DNA from: Isurus oxyrinchus
Lineage: Eukaryota
Assembly (NCBI GenBank): GCA_026770705.1
Contig: JANJGN010000018.1
Span: 80,600,001 to 80,664,000, forward strand
Direction: 5' to 3'
DNA: 64,000 nt
The notes beneath the pieces are model-generated. The model did no database searches and was not told the DNA's origin. It saw only the letters and a program-made list of their open reading frames with translations. This document shows positions 41,469-52,755 of the stretch, one piece after another (the stretch's first letter is position 1; each line of letters starts with the position of its first letter). The translations under genes and the position numbers were made by a program.

Positions 41469-42969
41469 TCTGCGTACTTTAAGAGTATAATAGTTCTTGT
41501 AACTTGTGCTATCCTTACAAATCTGTATACATCTGTAAAGGTATAGTTGTGGGTGAAGGAGTATTGTAATATAGTTCATCTTTTCTTGTTAAATAAATGT
41601 TTTACTCTTTTGCTAACAGTTCATCAGCTGCCTCCTATGACTCTGTTAAGTAGCTACTCTCCTCATATCTAAACAAACAAGTAAAGTTAGGATCTACCTA
41701 GTCAGGTTCCACCCTGGGATCAGGCTTCTCCAGTTGTAACATCAGCTGGGATCATGACAAAGTGGGGGCTCTTGCAGGATCTGAAACATGGACAGCAGGT
41801 GATTGGAAATGGAATAATAATTGGTCTGGGATTGGAAATCCTTGAACATTGGTGGGATCTGTGAATCCTTATAAAATGAGTTTTGGAGTTAAAGAGGTAC
41901 TGGACATAGGAATTGGAGTTGCTGTGAATGTATATTATATTGGTTGGAACTCGGAATGGCTTTGGAGGTTGCTAAGACTTTTTATAGTTGGAAAATGTAA
42001 CCATGACTGGTTTACAGAAATAACCAAGAGTAAGCTAATGGAATTGGTGGATAAGTTGTAGTTAGAATTACCTGAAGGGGTGAGGAAAGTAGACTAACTG
42101 AGATAATAGCACAGCATTTAAAACTGGAAGGGATACTAGAGAGAACGCATTCACCAGGGGGTGAGTCACAGCTGGAGGTAGTAAGACTTCAATTAAAGAA
42201 GCTTGAACTTGAACAAGCAAAAGAACTGAAAAAACTTGAATTGGAGGAAAGGGAAAAAGGAAAGGAAAAAGAGAAATGGAATTGAAAAGGCTGGAGGCAA
42301 AGGAAAAAGAAAAGGAAAGAGAACGAGTATTTAGGAAGCTGGAACTGGAATTTCAGGAAAAAGAAAAGGAACAAGAAAGGGAATACCAGCTTAAAAGGCT
42401 GGAAGTTGAAAAAGAGATCTCAGCTTCTGAGGAAGGTTCTGATGGTGAAAAAACCTTCAACTCAAAACCCAGTGGGGAGATGTTTATGTTTGAGCAGGCA
42501 AAGTTTGAGGAAAGGGATGTAGAGGCATTATTTATTTAATTTGAAAAGGTAGCTAGGCAAATGAAGTGGCAAAAAGAAATCTGGACATTGCTTTTACCGT
42601 CTATGTCGGTAGGTAGAGCGCACAAAGTTTATGCTTCATTTCCGAAGAGGTATCAGTGGATTATGATGCAAGTAAAAATGGCTATTCTGAGTGCATATCA
42701 GTTAGTCCCTGAGGCATACAGGCAGAAATTTTGAAACATAAGGAAATAGCCTGGGCAGACCTTTATTGAGTTTGAGAGGGTAAAGCAATTTTGACCATTG
42801 GATACGGGCAATAAAGGTAAAGGTGACATATGAAGCTCTTAGAGAAATAATTCCCTTGGAAGAATTTAAAGATTCTCTTCCTCTTGTAGTTAGAGCCCAT
42901 GTTGAAGACCAGAAGGTTAAGACAGCTAGACACGCAACGGCGATGGCTGACAATTATGGACTGGTTCAT

Positions 42970-45305
42970 AACAGTGCTATCAATAACCTGCTCACTGACG
43001 CCCAGTTTGGGCTCCACCCGGGCCACTCAGCTCCTGACCTCATTACAGCTTTGGTTCAAACAGGGACAAAAGGGCTGAATTCCTGAGGTGAGGTGAGGTG
43101 AGAGTGACTGCTCTTGACATCAAGGCTGCATTTGACAGAGTGTGGCATCAAGGAGCCCTAGCAAAACTGGAGTCAATGGGAATCCGGGAGAAAACTCTTC
43201 ACTGGTTGGTGTCATGCCTAGCACAAAGGAAGATGATTGTGGTTGTTAGAAGTCAGTCATCTCAGCTCCAGGACGTCACTGCAGGAGTTCCTCAGGGTAG
43301 TGTCCTCGGCCCAACCATCTTCAGTTGCTTCATCAACGACCTTCCTTCCATCATAAGGGCAGAGGTAGCGATGTTCACCAATGATTGCACAATGTTCAGC
43401 ACCATTTGCGACTCCTCAGATACTGAAGCAGTCCATGTCCAAATGCAGCAAGACCAGGACAATATCCAAGCTTCAGCCGACAAGTAGCAAGTAACGTTTG
43501 CACCGCACAAGTGTCAGGCAATGACCATTTCCAACAAGACAGAGAATCTAACCATCGTCCCTTGACGTTCAATGGCACTACCATCACTGAATTCCCCACT
43601 ATCAACATCCTGGGGTTACCATTGACCAGAAACTGAACTGGACGAGACATATAAATATAAAAACAAAAAACTGCGGATGCTGGAAATCCAAAACAAAAAC
43701 AGAATTACCTGGAAAAACTCAGCAGGTCTGGCAGCATCGGCGGAGAAGAAAAGAGTTGACGTTTCGAGTCCTCATGACCCTTCGACAGAACTAGAGACAT
43801 ATAAATACTCTGGCTACATGAGCAGATCAGAGGCTAGGAGTTGTGTGACAAGCAACCAACCTCCTGACTCCCCAAAGCCTGCCTATCATCTACAAGGCAC
43901 AAGTCAGGAGTGTGATGGAATACTCCCCACTTGCCTGGATGAGAGCAGCTCCAGAAACATCTGACTTATTCGTGATAATACACTTGACAGCTTTACTGCT
44001 CTGTATCTCTAACCTGGCCTCCCCACTGCTTCTCAGCCATAGTCCCAGGTTCCAGGTCCTGGCTTCAACCTCCCTCCCAAGCTGTTCCACCATAGCTTCA
44101 ATACTGGCAACTACCTGGCTATGTGAAAATGGCCCAGATATGTCCTATACACAAAAAGCAGGACAAATCCAACCCGGCCAATTGCCGCCCCATCAGTCTA
44201 TTCTCAATCAACACTAAAGTGATGGAAGAGGTCAAGAACAGTTCTATCAAGTGGCACTTGCTTAGCAATAACCTGCTCACTCACGCCCAGTTTGGGTTCT
44301 GCCAGTGCCACTCAGCTCCTGACCTCATTACAGCCTTGGTTCAAACATGGACAAAAGAGCTGAACTCCTGGGGTGAGGTGAGAGTGACTGCCCTTGACAT
44401 CAAGGCAATATTTGACCACGTGTGGTATCAAAGAGCTCTAGCAAAACTGGAGTCAATGGGAACCAGGGGGAAAACTCTCCGCTGGTTGGAGTCATACCTA
44501 GCACAAAGGAAGATGGTTGTGGTTGTTGGAGGTCAGTCATCTCAGTTCCAGAACGTCACTGCAGGAGTTCCTCAGGGTAGTGTCCTCAGCACAACCATCT
44601 TCAGCTGCTTCATCAATGACCTTCCTTCCAACATAACGGCAGAAGTGGGGATCTTCGCTGATGATTGCACAATGTTCAGCACCATTCACGACTCCTCAGA
44701 TACTGAAGCAGCCCATGTCCAAATGTGGCAAGACCTGAACAATATCCAGGCTTGGGCTGACAAGCGGCAAGTAACATTCTGCCGTACAAGTGTCAGGCAA
44801 TGACCATCTCCAACAAGAGTGAATCCAACCATCACCCCTTGATGTTCAATGACATTACCATCATTGAATCCCCCACTATCGACATCCTGGGTGCTCCCAT
44901 TGACCAGAAGCAGAATTAGCCATAAAAATGCTGTGGCTACAAGAGTAGGTCAGCGGCTAGGAATCGTGCAACGAGTAACTTATCTCCTGACTCCCCAAAG
45001 CCTGTCCACCATCTACAAGGCACAAATCAGGAGTGTGTTGGAATACTCACCACTTGTTTGAATGCGTGCAGCTCCCACAACACTTAAGAAGCTTGACAGT
45101 GTCCAAGTCAAAGCAGCCCGCTTGATTGGCACCACATCCACAAACTTTCACTCCCTCCACCACTGAAGCATGGTAGCAGCAGTGTGTACCATCTACAAGA
45201 TGCACTGCAGGAATTCACCAAGGCTCCTTAGACAGCACCTTCCAAACCCACGACCACTACCACCTAGAAGGACGAGGCAGCAGATAGATGGGAACACCAC
45301 CACCT
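42970..45305 (+). mobile_element. Two tandem CR1/L2-group LINE RT fragments inserted in the Gypsy internal region
   Basis: ORFs 43098-43487 and 44123-44803: QFGF, LDIKAAFDRVWH, GVPQGSVL, FADDCT. Confidence 0.92.
43658..43793 (-). mobile_element. 136-bp mini PLE terminal-repeat insertion with perfect 14-bp TSD
   Basis: GAGACATATAAATA at 43644-43657 and 43794-43807. The insert begins with AGUU-CUGUCGA-A-GGGUC(AUGAG)GACUC-GAAAC-GUC-AACU on the minus strand. Confidence 0.88.
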
Positions 45306-47227
45306 GACATTGCTCAAAAAGAAGTTGAGAAGACTTGTTCAAAGTGAGGTTGTGAGAAATATCATGAATAGTTTAAATATCAAACCAAGCGGGAATATAA
45401 AACCCTTTTGTGTGAACATAAGAATCATCTCAACAACTTCCTTGAAACAGCAAAAAGAGATTTTGACAGGAGAAGAAATGGGATGTTGACTCACAAAAAT
45501 GCCATTTTGATTTTGTTAAATCAAAATGAGAATTTACCACATTTGAGTTTGGAACATGAGTTGAAGATGAAATTAAGTCTATCTAGAGCGAACAAAAAGG
45601 ACAATTAAATGAAACATTTTTTGCTGAGTTAAAGACTGGGAATAAGAGGAAAAAGAAACATGAGAGTTGAATTATGATAATATGATGATGTACAAATTCT
45701 ACTAACATTGTTGCATTTATTGACTTCATTTAAGTATGTTTTTGTAATTGTACAATATGATGTGTCATTATGAAACCAAATGGAAAATGTTCTTGTATAA
45801 TAGATAATAAGCTGGTTTTGAGGTTTCTGATGTTAAGTTTGTGTGAGGTGAATGTAAGGCCATTGTAAAGAAACCTTCACTGTTGTGAAGCTTTCTTTCC
45901 TCCAAAGGGTAAGGTCCGAGGAAATAGAGATAATTTAAGTTAGTTATATTTGTATTTGTGGGTGTTAGAATGAGTTTTAGCTTTAATGTTTAAGTTTGAT
46001 TTGTATTTCTGTATCTGTGTGTTAAGAAAAGGTCAAATTGAACTTTAGTTTCACTTTAAAAGGTGCCTGCATTTCTAATGAGAGTTTTACAACTGTTGCA
46101 GCTAAGTTAAACAGACAAGAGTAGAAACTGGGCTATTGCCTAGCAACAGGGGTCTAGAGAGACAGGTCCCTCCCACAGACACACACAGAAGAAACTAGAA
46201 ACAGTTGTTTGATTTGGAAGCTGTTTGAGTTCAGTAGGTTTTGAAAGTAGCTGCCAGGAGAGGCTGGAACAAAAGGCTCAGATAGCCAGTCCCAAGCTAA
46301 AGAAAAGACGCAAGAATCCATGGGAGTAGAACAGGAGAAGTCCCAAGCAGACTTTCTAGTCAAAGGAAGGATAGGAATCTGGGAAAGTGAGGGGCAGAGA
46401 AAGGCTCCAAGCTTCAAGTTTAAAGCGTCAAGCTTAAAGGAATAAAAGTTTGAAAACTCAGAAGGTCCAAAGACAAGGCAGAAGGTCTGTAACTCTTTGC
46501 TATGGCCATGTGAAACAGTGAGGTACTGTTGACAGCTGAGTGGGTAATAGAGTGTACATGGAAGAAAGCTTGAATGCATGTGGTGACCCAGGGAAGAGGA
46601 ACATCAGAAGGAGAATTCGAAACCCTGGAGGAGAACACTTGTGGTGGGTGTCTGAGAGAAAGTGTCGGTTTGTGAGAAGATTCCAAAGCGAGTTCTTGGA
46701 GAGTGGAACTTGGAAACCCTTGTGTGAAAAACGGAGTTCACTGAGACTGGTAGGCTCATGGTGTGACAAGTTTGGTGGGGGGAGAGTTGAGGAGAGGTCC
46801 AAAGCATCTGGTTGAGGTGGCATCTCACTTGGTTTCAGAGTGTGGTGCGTCTGACTACATGTTGCCATTTGGTTTACATGGATTGCCTACTTACAATGGA
46901 CATTAGAGTATAAGATAGCTTTTGTAACTTGTGCTATCCTTACAAATCAGTATATATCTGTAAAGATATAATTGTAGATGAAGAAGTATTGTAATATAGT
47001 TAATCTTTTCTTGTTAAATAAATGTATTATTTTGTTAAAAGTTTGTCATCTGACTTCTATGACTCTGTTCAGCAGTTACTCTCCAGGTATCTTAGCAAAC
47101 AAATAAAAATTAGGATCTGTCAAGCCGTGTCCAACCCTGGGATCAGGCTTGTCTAGTTGCAACATCAGCTGGGATCACCACAAAATTTATACAAATGTAG
47201 AGAAAGATAAACAAACTAATTGACCTA

Positions 47228-47438
<211 letters not shown>

Positions 47439-47643
47439 CTGAAAATAAAGAAAACTAAGAAACAGAAATTAAAATATACTATAATGTAGGTTATCAATAC
47501 ATTTTCAATTGTTAATCAATTTCCATGGCAATGACAAATTCCAGCAAAACGATTAGCTGTTGCTACAGTACGTGTACATATATAATGGGAAAAATAATCC
47601 AAGTAGTATTCTGAACAAGTCATCGTTTGGTAGTACAGAACTT

Positions 47644-47860
47644 GAGTATTGCTGAAAAAAGAGACATTTTTGTCAAAGCTTTTCATCTTGCATTCATCAG
47701 GACAATTGACAAGAAAATATCAATGCCAACCAATCAGCACTCTCTTCTCATACAGTATAAATATGCTGTTTCCCCTGACATTGGTATTTTCTTGTGAATT
47801 GCCCTGATGAGTGCAAGATGAAAAGCTTCGATACAAAAATCTCTTTTTTCAGCAATATTC
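47644..47860. ncRNA. Fold-back element with a hammerhead motif in each arm
   Basis: Inverted arms 47644-47725 and 47779-47860. Plus arm CUGAUGA-GUGCAAGAU-GAAA-AGCU-UC. Minus arm UUGUC-CUGAUGA-AUGCAAGAU-GAAA-AGCU-UU-GACAA. Confidence 0.7.
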
Positions 47861-48432
47861 TGAACAAGATTGTGTGAATGGGTAAATGCACCGCCTGGTG
47901 TGTCACTGATAAATTATAACCTCTCGTATACAAGGCTGTCAACTTTCTCCAGAAAAGATGAAGGAAAGAGCAAATAAAACATGAAAGTAACACCTCACCC
48001 CTGACTCCTAACTACTGGCTTTTTTGAAATAGTTCCAGTCCAAGCCCCTTGCACTGCTTTTGGCAATAGAGGCTAAACAAGAGTCTGCTGACTGTACCTG
48101 TTATCCTTGCTATAGAATATGGAGAATATGAACTATTTCTGGGATATCTCACAGTTCATTATGTATTCAATCCAAAACTCCAGAATACCCACTATTTTAA
48201 CTAACTGCAAGTGTCTTTTACAGCCAAAGATGTATTCAACATTCTTAAATGTATTTGAATAGCAAGAGTAGCATTGGATTACAATTGTTCAGCAAAATAC
48301 CTCACTGAAATTGCAGTCTATCTTTGTTTTGCAGTCTAGTTCCCTTCCTGAGCTAGAGGGACCGTTGGCAGTAACTTTCTTGCTGTCCTGCTGATGTATC
48401 ACATACCTGCTCCCAGGCACGGATTCCTTGGG

Positions 48433-48645
48433 TCTGACAGCATCTGTGGCGAGAAAGACAGAGTTAACTTTTGGAGTCCATATGACTCTTCATCAGAAAA
48501 TTTTCATCAGTTCTGATGAAGAGTCATACGGACTCAAAATTTTAACCCTGTCTTCGTCTCCACAGATGCTGTCAGACCTGCTGAGTTTTTCCAGCAATTT
48601 TTGTTTTTGTTTCAGATTTCCAGCATCTGCAGTATTTTGCTTTTA
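48433..48645 (+). mobile_element. Mini PLE insertion made of head-to-head terminal repeats, 14-bp TSD
   Basis: ACGGATTCCTTGGG (48419-48432) and ACAGATTCCTTGGG (48646-48659). TCATCAG (minus-strand core) near 48490 and CTGATGA at 48513-48519. Confidence 0.85.
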
Positions 48646-48794
48646 ACAGATTCCTTGGGGACAGTTTCCATTTTAAGCAGTGACAGAAACCGGTGATAGT
48701 GGATCAGCCACCTATTATACACCCTTTCTTTATACACTGGATATATTATTGTGGGGGTGGGGCAGGGAAATTGAGCAAAGAATGAGACACCAAC

Positions 48795-49010
48795 ATCAAC
48801 ACCTCTTTGTCCTTTTGTCTATGACATCTTTTGGCTATCACCACCTATCACTGGCCCTCTATCCAGCTCTACCTGTCCCACCATCCCCACTTAAACCAGC
48901 TTATTTTTCATCTCCATTCTATTTTCCCTTAGTTCTGTTGAAGAGTCATATGGACTCAAAACGTTGACTGTATTCCTCTCCGCAGATGCTGTCAGACCTG
49001 CTGAGTTTTG
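48795..49010 (+). mobile_element. PLE 3' UTR/terminal-repeat fragment
   Basis: Collinear with 57010-57225; CUGUUGA-type motif near 48934. Confidence 0.8.
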
Positions 49011-50253
49011 GCACCAAATTCCTCAATCAGCAAACATCAATCCTCTATTAACTACAGCAGGGCTCAGCATCAAATGCACTAGACAATTCTCCACAACATG
49101 GCCAACAGCAATATATATTTGTGCAACTTTCCATTATGAATAATAAGGTGTTCACGCTGAAAGATTACTTCATTCCTGTTAAGACTTCACCTGAACTTCC
49201 ATCTTCAGTGGGAGTGTTAAACTGGTGGTAGCAGATTGGCTGTAAATTCCCCATCCAATTTTCCTTCCAAAACTCTAAAAGTACTTCATTGGCTGTAAAG
49301 CACTTCAAAAGATTCTATGGCCATGAAAAAGCATTATATAAATGTAAATCTTTCTCTCTCTCTCTCTCTCTTTCTCTTTCTATAGAGATCTGGTTACATG
49401 AAGTCATTGGAAGGAAAGCTGAGACTGGGGGTATAATCGATGGCCGGTCTGCTATTCCCATCTTACCACCCCAATGAAATTGGAATGAACATTCCAACAA
49501 GACATTCCAAACCTAAACACACAGTGAAATGTCGTAGCTTAGGCTGTTTTGAGGAATAATGGGATTCTGTTTAAAATCACATTTTCAAACCACAAATTAA
49601 AATAGTTAAAATGCACCATAACAACCAAGATTCCAGTGTTATACATAATGTTGAATGGCATGTGCAGTATAATGGTCTGTCACATATAGGGTAATGTGGG
49701 ATTGAGTGCAACAACGCCCACACAGTGATGTAATAGAGCACATGACCCAGACCCAGGGTGAGTCTAGTGTTGGACAGAGCCATGTGTACCAGCAAGCTTG
49801 GAGATAGCTCCTAGCTTGTACCCTGTATATTTGTAAATTGTTCCAAGAGTCAATAAAGACTTACAGTTAACGCATGGATGACTACGAAGAATTCTTCAGA
49901 CCTACTGAACTGTAACCAACACCTTACAACAGCATGTACAGTGATAAATGTCTTATGTATAATCTCATGGATCAGTATTAATCGTATCTGAATTCACTGG
50001 GACAATACATTTTTTGTTGGCTCGGTGCTGCTTGCTGTAAATATGCGCAAAGCCAAAATGCTAATCTACTTCAGGGAACATTCACAGGGGACATTAAATT
50101 ACACTTTATTTAAAAGGCTATAAATTCCTGTCTATTTACAACAGGGAATCATTACTCCACCATTCTTCTTACTCACATTCCCACTAATATACCAAACCTT
50201 CAATTTACTAGTCATAACTATATAATTGTGTTATAACTATATAACTATCTTAC

Positions 50254-50327
50254 TTGGTCGAGGTGAAGGCTCTACCATTATATACCCTGGGGCACTGGGT
50301 AATATGAGCTTCTTGATGTTGACTCTG
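50254..50327 (-). pseudogene. NXPE3: NXPE3-like 74-nt exon
   Basis: CTTACAG acceptor, GTAAGA donor. (S)RVNIKKLILPSAPGYIMVEPSPRP matches the NXPE3 S-GVNIK linker exon. Phase 2 to phase 1 fits the neighbouring exons. Confidence 0.85.
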
Positions 50328-50559
50328 CTGTAAGTGTAAATATTTCATAGATTAAATCATCGTATTAATGTTATAAGTAAGTACACACAGGAGCAGGAGA
50401 TAGCCCAAAAATATTTTCAGCTATTCTATTCCTCAAACCTACAGTAACAATTTGAATATATCATCAATGCTGTCTCTGAAAAATTCTTCAAGCTCGTTGG
50501 CAGGATAGAAAGTCTAGCCTCCCCTCTGAAACCAACATTTCTAGGATTAAAGGTGTGAA

Positions 50560-51000
50560 TCACCCAAAACCAGCTTCACTGGACGGGTCACACCATTCAC
50601 ATGCCTGACAACAGGTTCCCAAAACAACAGCTCTCCTCCAAACTTCGTCATGGCAAGAGACTCCCAGGAGGGCAGAGGAAACGCTTTGTGGATGTTCTCA
50701 AAACATCCCTGAGGAGATCCAACATCCCCACTGATTCATGAGAATCCCTGGCTCACAACCACCCACAATGCAAAAAGAGTATTCGGGAAGGCACCAAACA
50801 CCTTGAGAGACTTTGACTGGAGCACGTGGAGGCCACTTCCAGGTAGCAGAAGGAAGCAAGCAACTCAACTACACAATCCTTCAAATACCACTTTTCTCAA
50901 GTGGTAGAGTTTGCAGATCATGCATCGGACCCATCTTAGAATGCACTGAGCCAGCGTGGAAGCAAATCATTCTCAATTCCAAGGGACTGACTAAGAAAAA
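50560..51000 (+). mobile_element. RTE-clade LINE 3' end
   Basis: QNQLHWTGHTIHMPDNRFPKQ...GKRLPGGQRKRFVDVLK motif typical of the RTE/BovB ORF C-terminus. Confidence 0.8.
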
Positions 51001-51099
51001 ATTATGTTGCACCTTTAACTTTAGCTTCTGAGGTCCCCTCCTTGACAATATGACAGAAATGACTTAACAAACACAGTTTAATCAGAATCACCTGCATCA

Positions 51100-51550
51100 G
51101 TGAATTATAATGTGGTAAAACATCCAAGGCCCTTCATAGAACTGTTATCAGGTGAAATTTGACACCAAGCCACATAAGGAGATATTAGAACAGGTGACCA
51201 AAAGCTTAGCCAAAGATATGGGCTTTTAGGAGCATCTTAAAGGAGCAGAGAGACAGCAATGTGGGAATTCTAGAGCTTAGGGCCTAGGCAGCTGAAGGCA
51301 CAACCTCATGGAGAGACAAAGCACACTGGGGAGACACAAAAAGGCCTGGTTTGGAAAAACAGAAGTCTTGGAGGATTTTAGGGCTGGAAGAAGTTACAGA
51401 GACAGAGAAAAAGTTGAGGCAAATGAGGTATTTGTAAACAAGAATGTGAATATTAATATTGAGGCATCTCTCGATGAGGAATCAATGTAGGTTAAAGAAT
51501 GCGGAAATCATGTGTGAATGGGACTTGGCGTGAGTCAGGATATGGGCTCA
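51100..51550 (-). mobile_element. Old L2 3' fragment
   Basis: GTGACCAAAAGCTT...TTTTAGGAGCATCTTAAAGGAG and GGGCCTAGGCAGCTGAAGGC are reverse-strand hallmarks of L2 3' ends. Confidence 0.6.
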
Positions 51551-51967
51551 GTCAATCACCTCAGTAAACAGAGTTTTGTTTTCAGGATGATGGGAACAGT
51601 TCCATTGAGAGGGGCATGAGTGATTTCTGCACAACTTATAGGCATAATAACACTCTAGTGTGAACCAGTTGGAACTGTAGAACTTGTCCACCACTTTTTC
51701 AAGTGGTCTTTGATAACTTGTTATTCAATTTTCCATTCTTTACACCGAAGAAGCACTTGAACTTTCTTAAATTAATAAGAGCTGTAAAGCAATGCATCAA
51801 TAAAGATATAAACACTGATGGGCTCTGGAAGGTATTTCAATTTCAAGTTCTTAATGGGCTCTCCAGTGTTGGGAAGTCTGGTTCTGTACTTTGTGTTTTT
51901 ATTACAATCTGGGCCAGAATAAAAGTTGGGAAAACAAAACATAACAAAAGAACATTCAGTGATATCC

Positions 51968-52755
51968 CTTTGGAAATGACACTTCTCTTCTCCAATTAAG
52001 AGACCGTTCTCATGTCCTCCTTTAGCATGATTGATACGAGCAGAGCAGGGAAGCTTTTTTGGTTTGTAACAGAACCAGGGCTCCCCAATCCTGAGATCAG
52101 TAAAGTTACAAAGTGGTTTAGTTTGTGGCAAACAAAGATTACACACAATGGTCTCTAAAGCACCTCTATATTTAAAGGCACTTGTTAAATATATTCTATT
52201 TGGTCATTCCTTGAATAGCCTTTCAAGCACTTGGATCCTTTCACTGGGATGAACAAGGGAAACAGACACTTCAACTTTCCCTGGCCAAGATAAATTAAAA
52301 TTTATATAGTAAAGTCCATTTTGGTTATCTAAAACTGTTCCTGCTGAACCAGCTTTTAAAGCTGGGGTGTGGATCCGGCCTTGGAGATAGTCACCCCCAT
52401 ATTGCTTTGGGCGGCCTTCAAAATCAATCATTTGCAGCATCACTTGTAACTGATCCCCAACGTAGAAAGTCTTTGTAGAATTTAAAATTACAAAGCGGAC
52501 ATGTGCTGGGTCGCTGCTTTTCTGAAAGGGCACAGCAGGGCTGGGTGGTTTTGGCCATTCAATCATTTTCATAAGGAATGTCCCCCCTGACCTTTCTTCA
52601 GGTGTGAAGCTGTGATTCTGGTAGCCACATTGCAACAGTCTGTGTGTCCAAGGGAGCTTCCTTGTTCCTACTTTCTGCCTCATTGTGGAATTAAACTTCG
52701 GAATTGGATAACTCCTCTATTTGGACTCTGATCCAGAAACGGAATATTTATCATA
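51968..52755 (-). pseudogene. NXPE3: NXPE3-like large exon (Ig-like/neurexophilin region)
   Basis: FQKSSDPAH, FYVGDQL, PKQYGGDYLQGRIH, VSVSLVHPSE, CNLCLP, LCNFTD, GEPWFCYKPKKLPCS, HFQ. All in one frame with two in-frame stops. Acceptor CCTTTTCATAG. Confidence 0.95.

Larger units (their letters stand above)
37756..47182 (+). mobile_element. Gypsy (Gmr1/SCAN-gag type) LTR element with both LTRs, in the last NXPE intron
   Basis: 5' LTR 37756-41759 (interrupted) and 3' LTR about 45915-47182 are collinear. PBS-like TGGGGGCTCTTGCAGGAT at 41763-41780 (tRNA-Pro type). Gag remnants FEERDVEALF and LREIIPLEEFKDSLP. Purine tract near 45904-45914. TSD AAAT at 37752-37755 and 47183-47186. Confidence 0.88.

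Noticed and set aside
49637-49931. Possible solo LTR (TGTT...AACA, AATAAA)
   Set aside because: No convincing TSD or second copy in the window.
52204-52206. In-frame TGA as selenocysteine or read-through (also 36585, 16961)
   Set aside because: Co-occurs with TAG/TAA stops, a frameshift and a dead splice site; the positions fit Arg or Trp codons mutated to stop.
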